A stretch of DNA of 62,883 bases, counting the filler, from Hausera hauseri (Eukaryota): the NCBI GenBank assembly GCA_046269625.1. It is 11 parts of 11 records of this genome, joined end to end, with 100 filler letters (N's around TTAATTAATTAA, not from the genome) between each part and the next. Parts side by side here need not be neighbours in the genome. Positions count along the whole stretch, not along the records: positions 1 to 4,328 come from JBJURY010633331.1; positions 4,429 to 10,015 come from JBJURY010225409.1; positions 10,116 to 16,269 come from JBJURY010133318.1; 8 more parts are not named here. One strand, written 5' to 3'. How positions within the stretch are numbered: position 1 is the stretch's first letter; each line of letters opens with the position of its first letter. The position numbers were made by a program, and so were the translations under genes. The notes below the pieces were generated by a model. That model searched no databases. It was not told the DNA's origin and worked only from the letters and a program-made list of their open reading frames with translations. Positions 1 to 10,589 of this stretch are shown one piece after another.

Positions 1-459
1 TGAAACCGTGTTTTTCGTGTGTCTGGAGAAAAGTATACACGAGGTAAATAAAACGAAGCAGAAAATCAATACATTGTCGTACATAGTGTACATAAAGTAA
101 CTCAGAAAGTCTCTTTAAACAGACATTAACGATCGCTAATTGTGTTTAAATATTCTGTTACATCAGAACAATCGACCCTCCCTCCGTGTGTGTGTCGCAG
201 AATTATTGATTATTAGATGCTTCTATTGTTGTCCACTAAATTGGTCAAATGACTACATCGTTATTCGTACAATGTTGTTGTTGTTGTTTGACTTATGGAA
301 ACACAATCAAGTCCATATCAAGCTTTTATTTCCTATTTATGTGGTAGAACCAAACCCGAGTCTCCAATAATGATAAATTTGGATCACTACCACCACCACC
401 ACACAAACCACACGCACTAACCAATTCAGCATGAGAATAAATGAGTCCATCGTAATTAG

Positions 460-804
460 TTACACTGCAATGTTGCTTGAAACAAATCCGACCTGCCACG
501 TTGCAATGTTGGAATCACTTTTGACAAAATTTTCCACAAACCGTAATTGACGTGGATTGTCATCCAACGCCAATTTTTGATCAGTGCGAAAAATCTTGCC
601 GAATATCGTGCCCATGTCACCAACAACCTGCTTCATATGTCGTAAATAAGGTTCTTGTGGCCTCCAATTCTCCTCAGCATACCGAAGTATCTCTTCGGGC
701 GAACAGTATCGTGCATCATGTAAAGGTCTATCAAGATTGTAAAGGTGACTCCGGAGACCGTCAAACGACTGATATAAACGAATGAGTTGTGATAAATGGG
801 TCAT
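460..804 (-). CDS. hypothetical protein, divergently oriented upstream of pPolB (possible Polinton accessory gene)
   Basis: 114-aa ATG ORF with protein-like composition; no recognisable motif. Confidence 0.35.
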   Translation of the reverse strand: MTHLSQLIRLYQSFDGLRSHLYNLDRPLHDARYCSPEEILRYAEENWRPQEPYLRHMKQVVGDMGTIFGKIFRTDQKLALDDNPRQLRFVENFVKSDSNIATWQVGFVSSNIAV

Positions 805-1306
805 GTCGTAATGTCATACCGTAAAAAAGCATAGGTATTTATATTGAAATGTAACAAATAAGTTATTGTTTCACGAAAACAAACATATCAAAATAATATA
901 TATATGACTAAATACGGTCAGTCAACTTTTTCATTACAATACAAAGCGAAGCAGAAAATACAATTCCAATGAGGAAATTAATAGGTCGTTGCCACTTTCT
1001 TTTCCACTCATTATGAAGAGAGATCGAACTATTAATTCGATATACTCTGCTCGTCTGCTCATTATTCTGGTTTCTGTCAGCTCACATAGATACTGAACAT
1101 GAAACACGTGTCCAGTCATTTCATCTGTTAATTTCCGAATTTCACTTTCAATGTACTTTTCCATTTAAGTTGTAATATGTAATATGGCTGATATGTTTAT
1201 ACCTGCGTAAAAGAAATAAGTTAGCGTATATCAATTTATTATATAATTGTATTTAATGCTTTCAATTTAAAGTTAACATTTACTTTAATTTCTTTAAATT
1301 TAGAAA

Positions 1307-1735
1307 TGTTCACAATATCCCGCGTACTGCGTCTATCGCATACATGAGGAGGCAGAACAGTGCTATCAACAGATGGCGATATATTACAACGTTGGAATAG
1401 ACACATCTGTGTCCGACGTGTAATAATATTTCATCCAAATGTCCGTACCCCGATTTTTATGAGATGCACAAGCATCATCTCGAACCGTTTACACGGTCGA
1501 AGATGATGCTAATGCATTGCTCCATGTACCCAAGGTACTGTACAAGTACAGTGCACGACGCCGATGGTTTCCATAGTGCAATGGTGAAATACTATGGCGC
1601 CACAACCGTGCAGGGTAAACGGGCCTATATTTGTCCCGCTTGTTCAATAGTTGATGAAATCAACTATGAACAATTTTACAATGAGCACCAGGACCACTTA
1701 AACCAGTTTCAGCGGTGGTCGACAAAACAAATATT
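1307..1735 (+). pseudogene. two tandem copies of an unnamed Cys/His-rich domain 5' of pPolB
   Basis: Copy A: CSQYPAYCVYRIHEEAEQCYQQMAIYY-(frameshift ~1398)-HLCPTC..YPDFYEMHKHHL. Copy B: CSMYPRYCTSTVH..FHSAMVKYYG..YICPAC..YEQFYNEHQDHL. Homologous to 24647-25115. Confidence 0.7.
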
Positions 1736-1842
1736 AATTGAATCAACAAATATCAGCCTCATCCTTTCAACAACAACAACAACCAGTAGGAAACGTACGG
1801 CGTCAACAAGTCTGGAAAAATACATCAGAACCAGTACCGAGC

Positions 1843-1880
1843 TGCAAGAGCAACAGCAGGAGCAGCAGCAGTAGCAACAG
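1843..1880 (+). repeat. (CAG)n-like trinucleotide repeat, polyQ linker
   Basis: cagcaggagcagcagcagtagcaacag; contains a CAG>TAG stop. Confidence 0.7.
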
Positions 1881-4328
1881 TAAGAGGAAGAGATACAACT
1901 GGAACCGGACATTAATGTCAAGTACGATCTGAACAGATCGTACGTGGACAAAAAAGTAAAATGTGCGCACCCGGTTGGAATCAGAAGTGGAGAAATTCCA
2001 ACTCCAACATTGAAAAGTGCAATATAATGCACTTGCAGAATTTAAAAACGTTGATGACGGGAAACAATGGTACCTGTCGCATCGAGCTGTACAATATGCC
2101 AATGATTTTATTGCCGACGTAGGCGAAAAGCTCTAGAAGAAAATCGCCAACTAGATGGAAAAGGGTAGTGAATGGCGAATTACACGAATTTTCACCCTCG
2201 GCTCTATCGTAACAAAGTCGAGTGACATAATATATTTGTCTGGACGATCATTCATACTCTAAAGCCGTCTCTGGCGGTAGTGAATGTAAAATATACTAAC
2301 GATGAATACTATTTTCTTTACAGTATTCTGGCGGTATTGAAATATGACAAAGTGGACATACATAGTGCATCTTGTCCAAAACAGTATCAGAAATATTTTT
2401 CCGAATTGGATTTCGATGAAGGCTGGATGCCGATGAAACCGAAATCCATTCGCGCTTTTGAACGGCGTAATCCGCCAATGGCAATCAACGTATTCCGGTA
2501 TAACACAATCGTAGAAATACCGGCGGATGAAGAAATTTACAAAAATCCTCATGTGGATATAATCTATCGTAGTCGGAACCCAAATGGCCACTCAGTAATT
2601 TTGTTGATACTGGAACAAAAAGAAAAGTACCATTACGTTGCACTGACAAATCTGGACAGACTACTGAACATAGAGCATGACCATTTCCTCCAAAAACGGA
2701 TGTAGTGTAAATGGTGTCCTGTATATCTTTATGGATTCAGGTAGGAAACAACATGGGCGAAACATGTGACTCTGTGCAGACAAAATTCGTCAGGAATCAC
2801 GATGTACACCATGCCCGTCAAACAGGAACTCAGGTTCACTGATTGGTCAAAAACAGACAGCCCGACATATGTAGTATATTCCATTATCGAAGCAATCTTA
2901 CCACGGCGCAACATATGACCAAAAACATGTTCCAATTGCCGTCAGTATGTTGGCTGTCCCAATAAAAGCCGCAGGTCAACCTCAATATTATGTTTTCCAC
3001 GGATGGAATTGTGTACGCGATTTCTTGTAGAAGTTGCAAACCATAGTGGAAACTGAAATCGCACCCTGGTACAGTAGAAAGAGCAATAAACCTTTGATGT
3101 TGACAGATGAAGATGAACGCCTGACGTTTGCAGTCACAAATGAATGTTAACTGTGCCACAAAATATTACCGTTCGACGCACTGGAACGGCTCGTATCGGA
3201 TCACGATCATTTTACTGATCGATATCTCGGAGGAGTATGTAATTCAGGTAATTTGGTAAGGCGTGTGCGGCCATTCCTATCGGTGGTATTTCGTAACTCC
3301 AGGGGTTATGATTGTCACCATATTTTGAAATGGGCAATAAACGGATTTCCGCACTGGGAACTATCTATAATTCCGACTACGATGGAGAAATACCTGTCAC
3401 TGTCTGCTCGTATAAACCGGTTCCAGGTACGCTTCCTTGATTCATTGATATTTCTCAATGAATTATTGGCAAAGTTGGTAAATGCCTTGCCAGATGTGCC
3501 GATAGCACTGATGCAGTTCCCCGCACATATTGCATGCAGCAAAGGCATATTCTTATATGACTTTGTAACATCGTATGAGTGACTCCAGGCAGCAGAAGAA
3601 TTACCGACGCGATGGACAGGTATCGCAGTGAATGAATAACGGAAAACACAGAGGTGTTAGACAGAATTCGGCTGTAGAAACATGTGGGATTACATGCTCT
3701 AGTATCTTAAACTGGACGTGTACTTATATGCCGATGTGTTCCAAGTGTTTAGAGCGAAAGCGTTGGCTGAAGATAGGCTGGAGCCACTCAACTTTTATTC
3801 CATATCGGGAATGAGTTGGGCGTCAGATCTAATGTCACTGTATCGAGACATTGAGCTACTGCAAGACCCGGAAATGTACCAGCTGTTTGATGTTGGTATT
3901 CGCGGTAGCATGACATTTGTCAAAAAGCATCAGGTCAGTGCTACCGATACCACATCACTGATGTATATTGATGTTAATAACCTGTACGGCTGGGCGCTTT
4001 CGCAACCCTTGCCGAACGGTTCATTCGAATGGGTTGTCGACAGACAATATACGGACGACATAATGGTCAACCTACCACAAGCATACATGGCAGACTCAGT
4101 CTGATACCTAATGGAGATCGATCTCGTGGTACCAGATGAGTATCATGAAGTTTTGGCCGATTTTCCGGTCGCACCATTTAACCAATGTCCGACAGACTCA
4201 AAAATAAAGAAACTCCTCATGACGCATGAACCGAGGCTAAATTACGTGGTCCATTGGCGTCTGCTACAGTTCTACATGCATCTCGGTGTTCGCGTCACAC
4301 AGCTGCATCGTGCAATTTGATTTGCTCA
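1880..4328 (+). pseudogene. polB: protein-primed family B DNA polymerase (Polinton/adintovirus type), frameshifted, cut by contig end
   Basis: EKGSEW..I (GSGW-type), NDEYYFLYSILA / HYVALTNLDRLL, FRNSRGYDCHHI (ExoII), RFLDSLIFL, KGIFLYDF, GIRGSM, LMYIDVNNLYGWALSQPLP (motif A); many stops and frameshifts. Confidence 0.9.
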
Positions 4329-4428
4329 NNNNNNNNNNNNNNNNNNNNNNNNNNNNNNNNNNNNNNNNNNNNTTAATTAATTAANNNNNNNNNNNNNNNN
4401 NNNNNNNNNNNNNNNNNNNNNNNNNNNN
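4329..4428. other. artificial contig spacer N-TTAATTAATTAA-N; also at 10016-10115, 16270-16369, 24309-24408, 28636-28735, 32837-32936, 37791-37890, 42748-42847, 49115-49214, 58005-58104
   Basis: Identical 100-nt linker with stops in all six frames, present ten times. Confidence 0.98.
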
Positions 4429-5360
4429 ACGTTGCGTCGATTTATCACGTGACATATTGAAATATTTCAGTCAAGTCACCGAAAATATTGTCGACAGTTA
4501 CGTCTGGAAATCTGAATCAATTTTATGGCATAGTTTAGCCAGAAGCTGTAAAGCACCATCGATCGACGAAGTAACGCCGGTCGAACGTATTGAACAGTCA
4601 TTTAAACTTATTGTTGAGTCAAACCGAGAGAAGGGAGCAACGAAATCAGCAATGTGGACTGGTAGGCGAGTTGGTGGACCGAATATTTTGAGTAGCCAAA
4701 CAAATCAGGGTTCGTTTAGGCATGATGATGAATCTGTGATAGCTGCTGCACAACTTTTGTCATCGTCGGATGATGACAAATTATCCACGACAGAAGTAGA
4801 GACGAGAGCTAAAACGCCGTATTCGATTCGCCACGATTCTCTTGCTCTATTTTTTCGACATATGTATTTCCTGAGCAGTCTGCGATTGCGAGACATATGC
4901 GACCGCCTTCACATCAGCCGTAAACTCGTGTAAAATATGCACAACATTTGAACATGTAATCATGGACGAAACCCATCTAATGAAAGACCGTTACATGGAT
5001 CAGATTATTATGTGCTGCATATTTGCCGTTACACGGGTAGCATCTGGTCGCGGTTTGTCGTTCCATGAGATAATACAAATGTAGAAGTACTCATGGAAGT
5101 ATACAAAAAGGCCACCAGCATTACATGGGGTAATTTGCTACCAGACGCTAATAAATGTACCATGTATACATCACCGGGCGGTACACAGCGATTTGTCCGA
5201 CGTAAGGAAATCTATGATTACATAATCCGATTCTATAACGGAATTTTCCTGCCTAATTTGCACAATTGCGTCAAACGGTTCATGATAACGTACTCACTGT
5301 CATCAACAGGCAATTCGTCCCAAATACACCAGCCCCACTTGTCGCCTATGCCAACAAGTA
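4429..5360 (+). pseudogene. RBL: retinoblastoma-family (p107/p130-like) pocket protein fragment, intronless and disrupted
   Basis: End of pocket A: KYFSQVTENIVDSYVWKSESILWHSL. Pocket B: SLALFFRHMYFLSSLRLRDICDRL-(fs)-KICTTFEHVIMDETHLMKDRYMDQIIMCCIF..SFHEII, then IIRFYNGIF and PHLSPMP. These match recalled RBL1/2 motifs. Confidence 0.85.
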
Positions 5361-5511
5361 CTGTGAATTTATTTAAAAATACAAAACAGAGTGCTGATAT
5401 GAATGGTAACACGTTTGTGCAAATAACTGAAATACAATCGATATGGACTGCGTCAATAGAAGATTATGAGTACAAAGAACATCCTCTACTATTTCTTGTT
5501 AAAACTGTTGA

Positions 5512-6390
5512 TTGACAGTTCAAAGAACACAAACAATACAGAAATCAAATAGGCGTCATCCGTCATCTGTTTTGAATGATAGAATTATTAATATTAATAA
5601 TGCAGCTGTTGTTCCACACTCTGGTATACTAAAACCACAGCATCCATCATATGATCCTCCTATGCCTAAATACGGACTTGAACCATCCAATTTTGCGCTA
5701 ACCGCTCTCGATTCAGTTTTGTCCAACTGGTCCGCTATAGAAATATTATTTCTCACTGGTGATAAATCAGATTGGTTAAGCTGTATTAGTAATAATGCGA
5801 ATATAGTTAACACAATAGAATAAACCCACTTTCCGACGATGAGGTATTCTGAACTATCAAAGTTTTTCGGAACAATTGGATCAGTTTGTTTTTACCTTGA
5901 TTGCGAAAACGCCATAATCATCTGTTGATATCCTGTTGAATACAATTAATAAACAACTGCAAGATAAAAAATGCAAATATCAAATAAATCATCTAGAGTA
6001 AAACGAGTTGCATCGAGATTGATACATTCTATTGCAAGAACCTTTGTAGCTCTCCAGCTACAGATGGGTCCAGATTTTAACCGTAAACTTCAACAAAGTT
6101 GACTAAGCAGTAATGTTTACGTTTATTCAGCACAACCAAGACCCTTAGATGTTTGTAAACGAATTTTCGAAAGTCTACTCTTTGTGTCTTTGTCCGAACT
6201 ACCAAGAATCGCAGCGAGTGATATTGCTCCCCATTCGAATTTGTTCATTCGCAACTGGTGCATCTTGCGCGATATCCGCGATAACGATGCCTTTCTTTCT
6301 CAGTTTCAACTGACAGATATACAAAGTTTATTCTCCATCGTTACAGTCATTTATAAACACGTCTGGCGAAGCCCAGCAACTTGCCTTTAG
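5512..6390 (+). pseudogene. disrupted coding-like sequence, unidentified
   Basis: Protein-like ORF pieces (5512-5823, 6184-6390) separated by stops and frameshifts. Confidence 0.35.
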
Positions 6391-6441
6391 AACCGCAGAC
6401 TACGACGAACAGCCAGAGGGAAACTCGGCCACTCTGCATTT

Positions 6442-6450
6442 TGGCGCCCG
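6442..6450 (+). promoter_or_regulatory. candidate primer-binding site, tRNA-Lys-like
   Basis: TGGCGCCCG, a 9-nt match to the canonical Lys PBS TGGCGCCCGAAC; not conserved in copy 2. Confidence 0.35.
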
Positions 6451-6551
6451 CCCTGCCGGGGCGGAGGTCCCGACTGTCAACCGTGCGCCGGTCAGTCGGA
6501 CGGCGCCTTCCGCATCGGCCCCCCCCCAGGCGCACCACTTCTTTCCCTCCT

Positions 6552-6758
6552 ATTTTCATTTTTTTCAACAATACGCATATTTACACTCTCAATACATCAC
6601 GTACACACATTCCAACCCTTCGTACTTTCCTTTCTCTTTTACTCAGTTCTTCCAATTTCTATCTCACCCATAACGGCGCTATCATACGACTCACTGGAAC
6701 CCTACCGTCTTTCTTAAGTCACACTTGCCTCCACATACATCTCCGTATCTGTGGTGGC
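6552..6758 (+). CDS. ubiquitin-like domain fused in frame to the Gag N-terminus (copy 1)
   Basis: IFIFFNNTHIYTL..NFYLTHNGAII..LHIHLRICGG|MNSSP; 69 aa, di-glycine end, conserved in three copies. Confidence 0.75.
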
Positions 6759-7844
6759 ATGAACTCTTCGCCAACTATTGACACCACGGATACAACCAGC
6801 ACAAAACCAAAATCTGTCATATTACTTCAAAAACCCATTTCTACCCCTGCTAGCAACCTCCCATCTATTACCTCTTCCTCTCCTTTCCCTAACTAAATCA
6901 AATTTTTTATTGACAACCAAGGTTCCAGAAAAACTTGGTTGCAATTCCATTAGCTATGGCTACAGGCAAATAACATCACTAACTCTTTAACTAGAGCACA
7001 CAATCTTCTCTTCTTACTTCCTAATAATATCAAAACCCGAATTCACAACATCATCGAAATCTCTGAACTCCCTGACCCATATTCCCAACTTTCCAACGCA
7101 GTCCTTAAGATCACAGAACCTTTCATGGACACGATCATACAACGTTTCTTCCACAACAACGTTATAGGCACCCAACGGCCATCAGAATTCTTACGTACCT
7201 CCTTAGCACATCTCCATACCCTCGGCGTCACTAAAGAGCACAACCCAGAACTATTGCGCCACTCTTTCCTCAATGCGTTACCTAAAAAAATCCGGGCCCT
7301 ACTTACCGTGATGGGGGACTCCACACCGCTTGAGAAATAGGCCGAATTAGCCGATAGGACACACGACGTCTTACACTTAAATTCCCCACCAGTAGTTTTA
7401 GCAGCAGTTGCCACTAACGACATACAAACAAATAACACATCCATAGGACAACAGCTTAATCAGTTACGTGCTGAAAATATTGCACTGCATGCAACAATCA
7501 ACAATATCAATAACAAATTAAACGAATTGTCGCTGTCCTGCCGAAGGGGTTTTGCCGCTAATCGCGCCCGTTCTGTGTCTAAAAACCGCTTACCATCGCC
7601 TGCGCGTTTGTCGATCTGCTATTACCACAGCAGATTTAACACTAATGCTCAGAAGTGCTGCCTAGGGTGCAAATTTTATAACAAGAGTTTTTCCTCGGAC
7701 ACCGTTGTTTGCATATACCATGCAAGGTTCAAAAATCAGTCTTGTAAATGTATTCCAGGCTGCACTTGAAAATCAGATACGAACGACGGACGTACTGCCT
7801 TCCCTTCTAATAGTCATCCTAATTTACACTTTCAAAAAAACTAA
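6759..7844 (+). pseudogene. gag: gag with two tandem CHCC zinc knuckles
   Basis: CYYHSRFNTNAQKCCLGC and CIYHARFKNQSCKCIPGC; disrupted by stops and frameshifts. Confidence 0.85.
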
Positions 7845-7882
7845 GTTCGCCGCCAGAAGTCACGGCAAACTCTGGCAAAGGC
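7835..7882 (+). promoter_or_regulatory. -1 ribosomal frameshift signal (slippery site plus H-type pseudoknot)
   Basis: AAAAAAC-TAA..GCCGCCAG..CGGC..CTGGC; conserved at 42578-42626 and, on the minus strand, 46483-46532. Confidence 0.75.
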
Positions 7883-10015
7883 ACTACTTCACTTTCTGAA
7901 CACCGACACGTTTCTTTTGCTGTCTTTACTCTAAAGGATGCAGTTACTGCTCCTACAACGCAATCTGTTGACTTCTTCATTGATACATGTGCAGCGATTT
8001 CTTTATTGCCACAAACCTTCCCTGTAAAAAATTCTCCATTCAGACTTAAGCCCTTATACACTGCTTCAAGCCAACCGCTGCACATTTCTGGCATGGCTAA
8101 ATTGTCTTTCACTTTACCAAACTTTCCTTCACGTTACCACTGGACGTTCACAGTCGCTAACGTCCAGACAGCAATTCTAGGATCCGATTTTCTCTTACAC
8201 TATAATTCACTGGTTGACTGCAGCCAACGATGTTTGAGGAACGGCACCGTTGGTGACATTTCTGGGCATATCAGTAGCATTTCGACTACCGCGCAATCGA
8301 CCGGAATGCGGAGGTCAATCTTTAAAAAGTTAATAAATAATTCCACTTTCCATAATAATAACTCTATTAGTAAATTTTTAAATAATAATATTGATATACG
8401 ATCGAGGTTCGATGTCGATAATTGTGGTACTGCCACCAACGTCAATTTATTCGACGAAAATACTCCATCCAATACCATTTTTAATTCAACCATCTTACAC
8501 CAAATACCACTTGACTGCACATCACCTAACAATTCACAAATTGCATCCGCTACTACTCAAGCCGTTTCACCACTTTCACCAAATCTCTTACAGTTACCTA
8601 CAACTTTACAGCAATTTGTCAACACATCATGTCCACGCGTACTTAAAAAGACTGTACGTTTACTCTTGCCAACAGTACTGTACACCATATTGTTACATAG
8701 CATCAACGACCAATACGCCAAAAGGTGAGGCCTCTGTCACCTCGTCACAGACAGGCCGTAGAAGCCGAATTTCTTGAGCTAGAACGTTCAGGCATAGTAC
8801 GCCGTTCCAAATCTCCTTGATCATCACCGTTACATGTTGTACAAAAAAGGGCGGTACTTTTAGACCATGCGGTAACTACCGACAGCTAAACATCTTAACA
8901 ATCATGGATGCATATCCTTTACCACTCATCAAGGATATCTTGCATCGTCTTAATTCAACCACCATCTATTCAACCACTGATTTAGCTAAAGCATACCATC
9001 AAATACCGGTGGCATCCGAAGACAGAAAAAACTGCAGTAACTACTCCTTTTGGCCTCTATAAATACCTGTTTATGCAATTCGGTTTGCGAAATACCGCAC
9101 AAACTTTTCAGCGGTACACTGATTCAATTCTTTCCGACTTCCCATTTGCACACTCTTATATCGATGATATTCTAGTCGTTTCATCTTCTCCAAAACAACA
9201 CGAGGAACACCTTCGCGCAATATTCCAACGTCTTAACCACCATAATCTGCAAGTAAATGTCAACAAATGCCATTTTTCAAAAAGCGCATTAATTTTTAGG
9301 CCAATTTATTACACCAGACGGTCATTCTCCCCAATCAGACCGAGTCAAAGCTCTTAAAAACATCCAGTTGTCACGTACAACCACCGAAATGCGTAGCTTC
9401 CTTGGCACACTACACTTAGTCCATAAATATGTACCATATTGCTCCGAACTGACAGCACCATTCGCACACCTAAGCGGCTGCAAAAAACATCAACCAAGCC
9501 AGTGGACACCTGAATTGGTTGACAAATTTGACAATCTAGGCGAAGGAATCAAAACCGTCGATATTCTAGCATTCTCCAAGCCTAATGCAGAACTCATCCT
9601 CACTACAGACGCGTTAACCACGGCAATAGGCGCTGTACTGCACCAGATATACAATGGAAAAAATCAACCACTAAAATTTTTTTCTCGCAAGCTAACAGCA
9701 CCTGAAGCCAGATATTCCACGTTCGATCGAGAACTATTAACCATCGTTCTCGCTTTAAAGCACTTCTCTCACCTACTTGTCGCTGGTCACTTCACTCTAC
9801 AAACCGATCACAAGCCCTTACTTAACATCATGGTTATGAAACACCCTTCCACACGCCAAGAACGACAAATATCATACTTACGACATTTATTTTTGATATT
9901 AAACATATTAACGGGGTTAACAATATAGTTGCTGATTCTTTATCTAGGTCGGTTAGTTCGATTAATTTTTCACCGATCTTTACGCAAGATCAACTTCAAC
10001 AGAACCAGCCACCTC
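7845..10015 (+). pseudogene. pol: pol (protease, RT, RNase H), disrupted
   Basis: ORFs 8006-8728, 8817-9062, 9073-9357 (YIDD) and 9368-9928. Confidence 0.9.
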
Positions 10016-10115
10016 NNNNNNNNNNNNNNNNNNNNNNNNNNNNNNNNNNNNNNNNNNNNTTAATTAATTAANNNNNNNNNNNNNNNNNNNNNNNNNNNNN
10101 NNNNNNNNNNNNNNN

Positions 10116-10192
10116 CCAGGAATCGCGAGAGGTGGAGATCCATGACAGCCTGTGCTTCGCAGCACGGCACCTGATGATGATGATGATGATGA
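10116..10192 (+). mobile_element. 3' end of RTE-like LINE with (TGA)n tail
   Basis: ..cttcgcagcacggcacc(tga)n; same terminus as the inverted copy at ~12592. Confidence 0.7.
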
Positions 10193-10589
10193 AATATAAA
10201 TGGCAATTATAAATTTAAATTTGAATGCGTGTGAGTACTGAGTGTATGTGCGTGTGCGTGTGTTTTTAGTGCGTCTCCGTGTGTATGTGTGCTTACGTAT
10301 ATCTGTGTGTGCATGTTTTTTTAAAATTAATTTTTAGAATGTTTTCCCATATATTCGTTTCCATGTTATTTCTTTTTCTTTGATTTACAGTCATCGAGCG
10401 GCACCTTTTGTTGACCGTGTTATCACTAATTTGAAATCAGCATCACTATCTCATGTTGTACTTGTTTACTTACTTCAGTATTTAGGCTTTCGTGTGAAGC
10501 CAGTATTGCTCTTAGAACAATCAGTCCTGGCCATTTGTGAGCATAAAATATGTCTGAGTCACATCTGGCACCATGGACTAGACTAGGAG

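Larger units (their letters stand above)
6408..10015 (+). mobile_element. Ty3/Gypsy retrotransposon, CsRn1-like, copy 1: leader-UBL-gag-(-1 frameshift)-PR-RT-RH; 3' end cut
   Basis: Gag PSEFL..FLNALP..LEK*AELAD; CHCC knuckles; PR IDTCAAISL and ILGSDFL; RT FRPCGNYRQLN, DLAKAYHQIP, FGLRN, YIDDIL; RH TTDALTTAIGAVL, DRELL, TDHKPL. Confidence 0.93.

Noticed and set aside
4373-4384. TTAATTAATTAA as a biological motif
   Set aside because: Always centred in N-runs; an artificial six-frame stop linker.
6381-6551. Arg/Pro-rich N-terminal peptide of ORF 6381-6896 and antisense ORF 6347-6571
   Set aside because: By-products of the GC-rich leader; not conserved as protein in copy 2.
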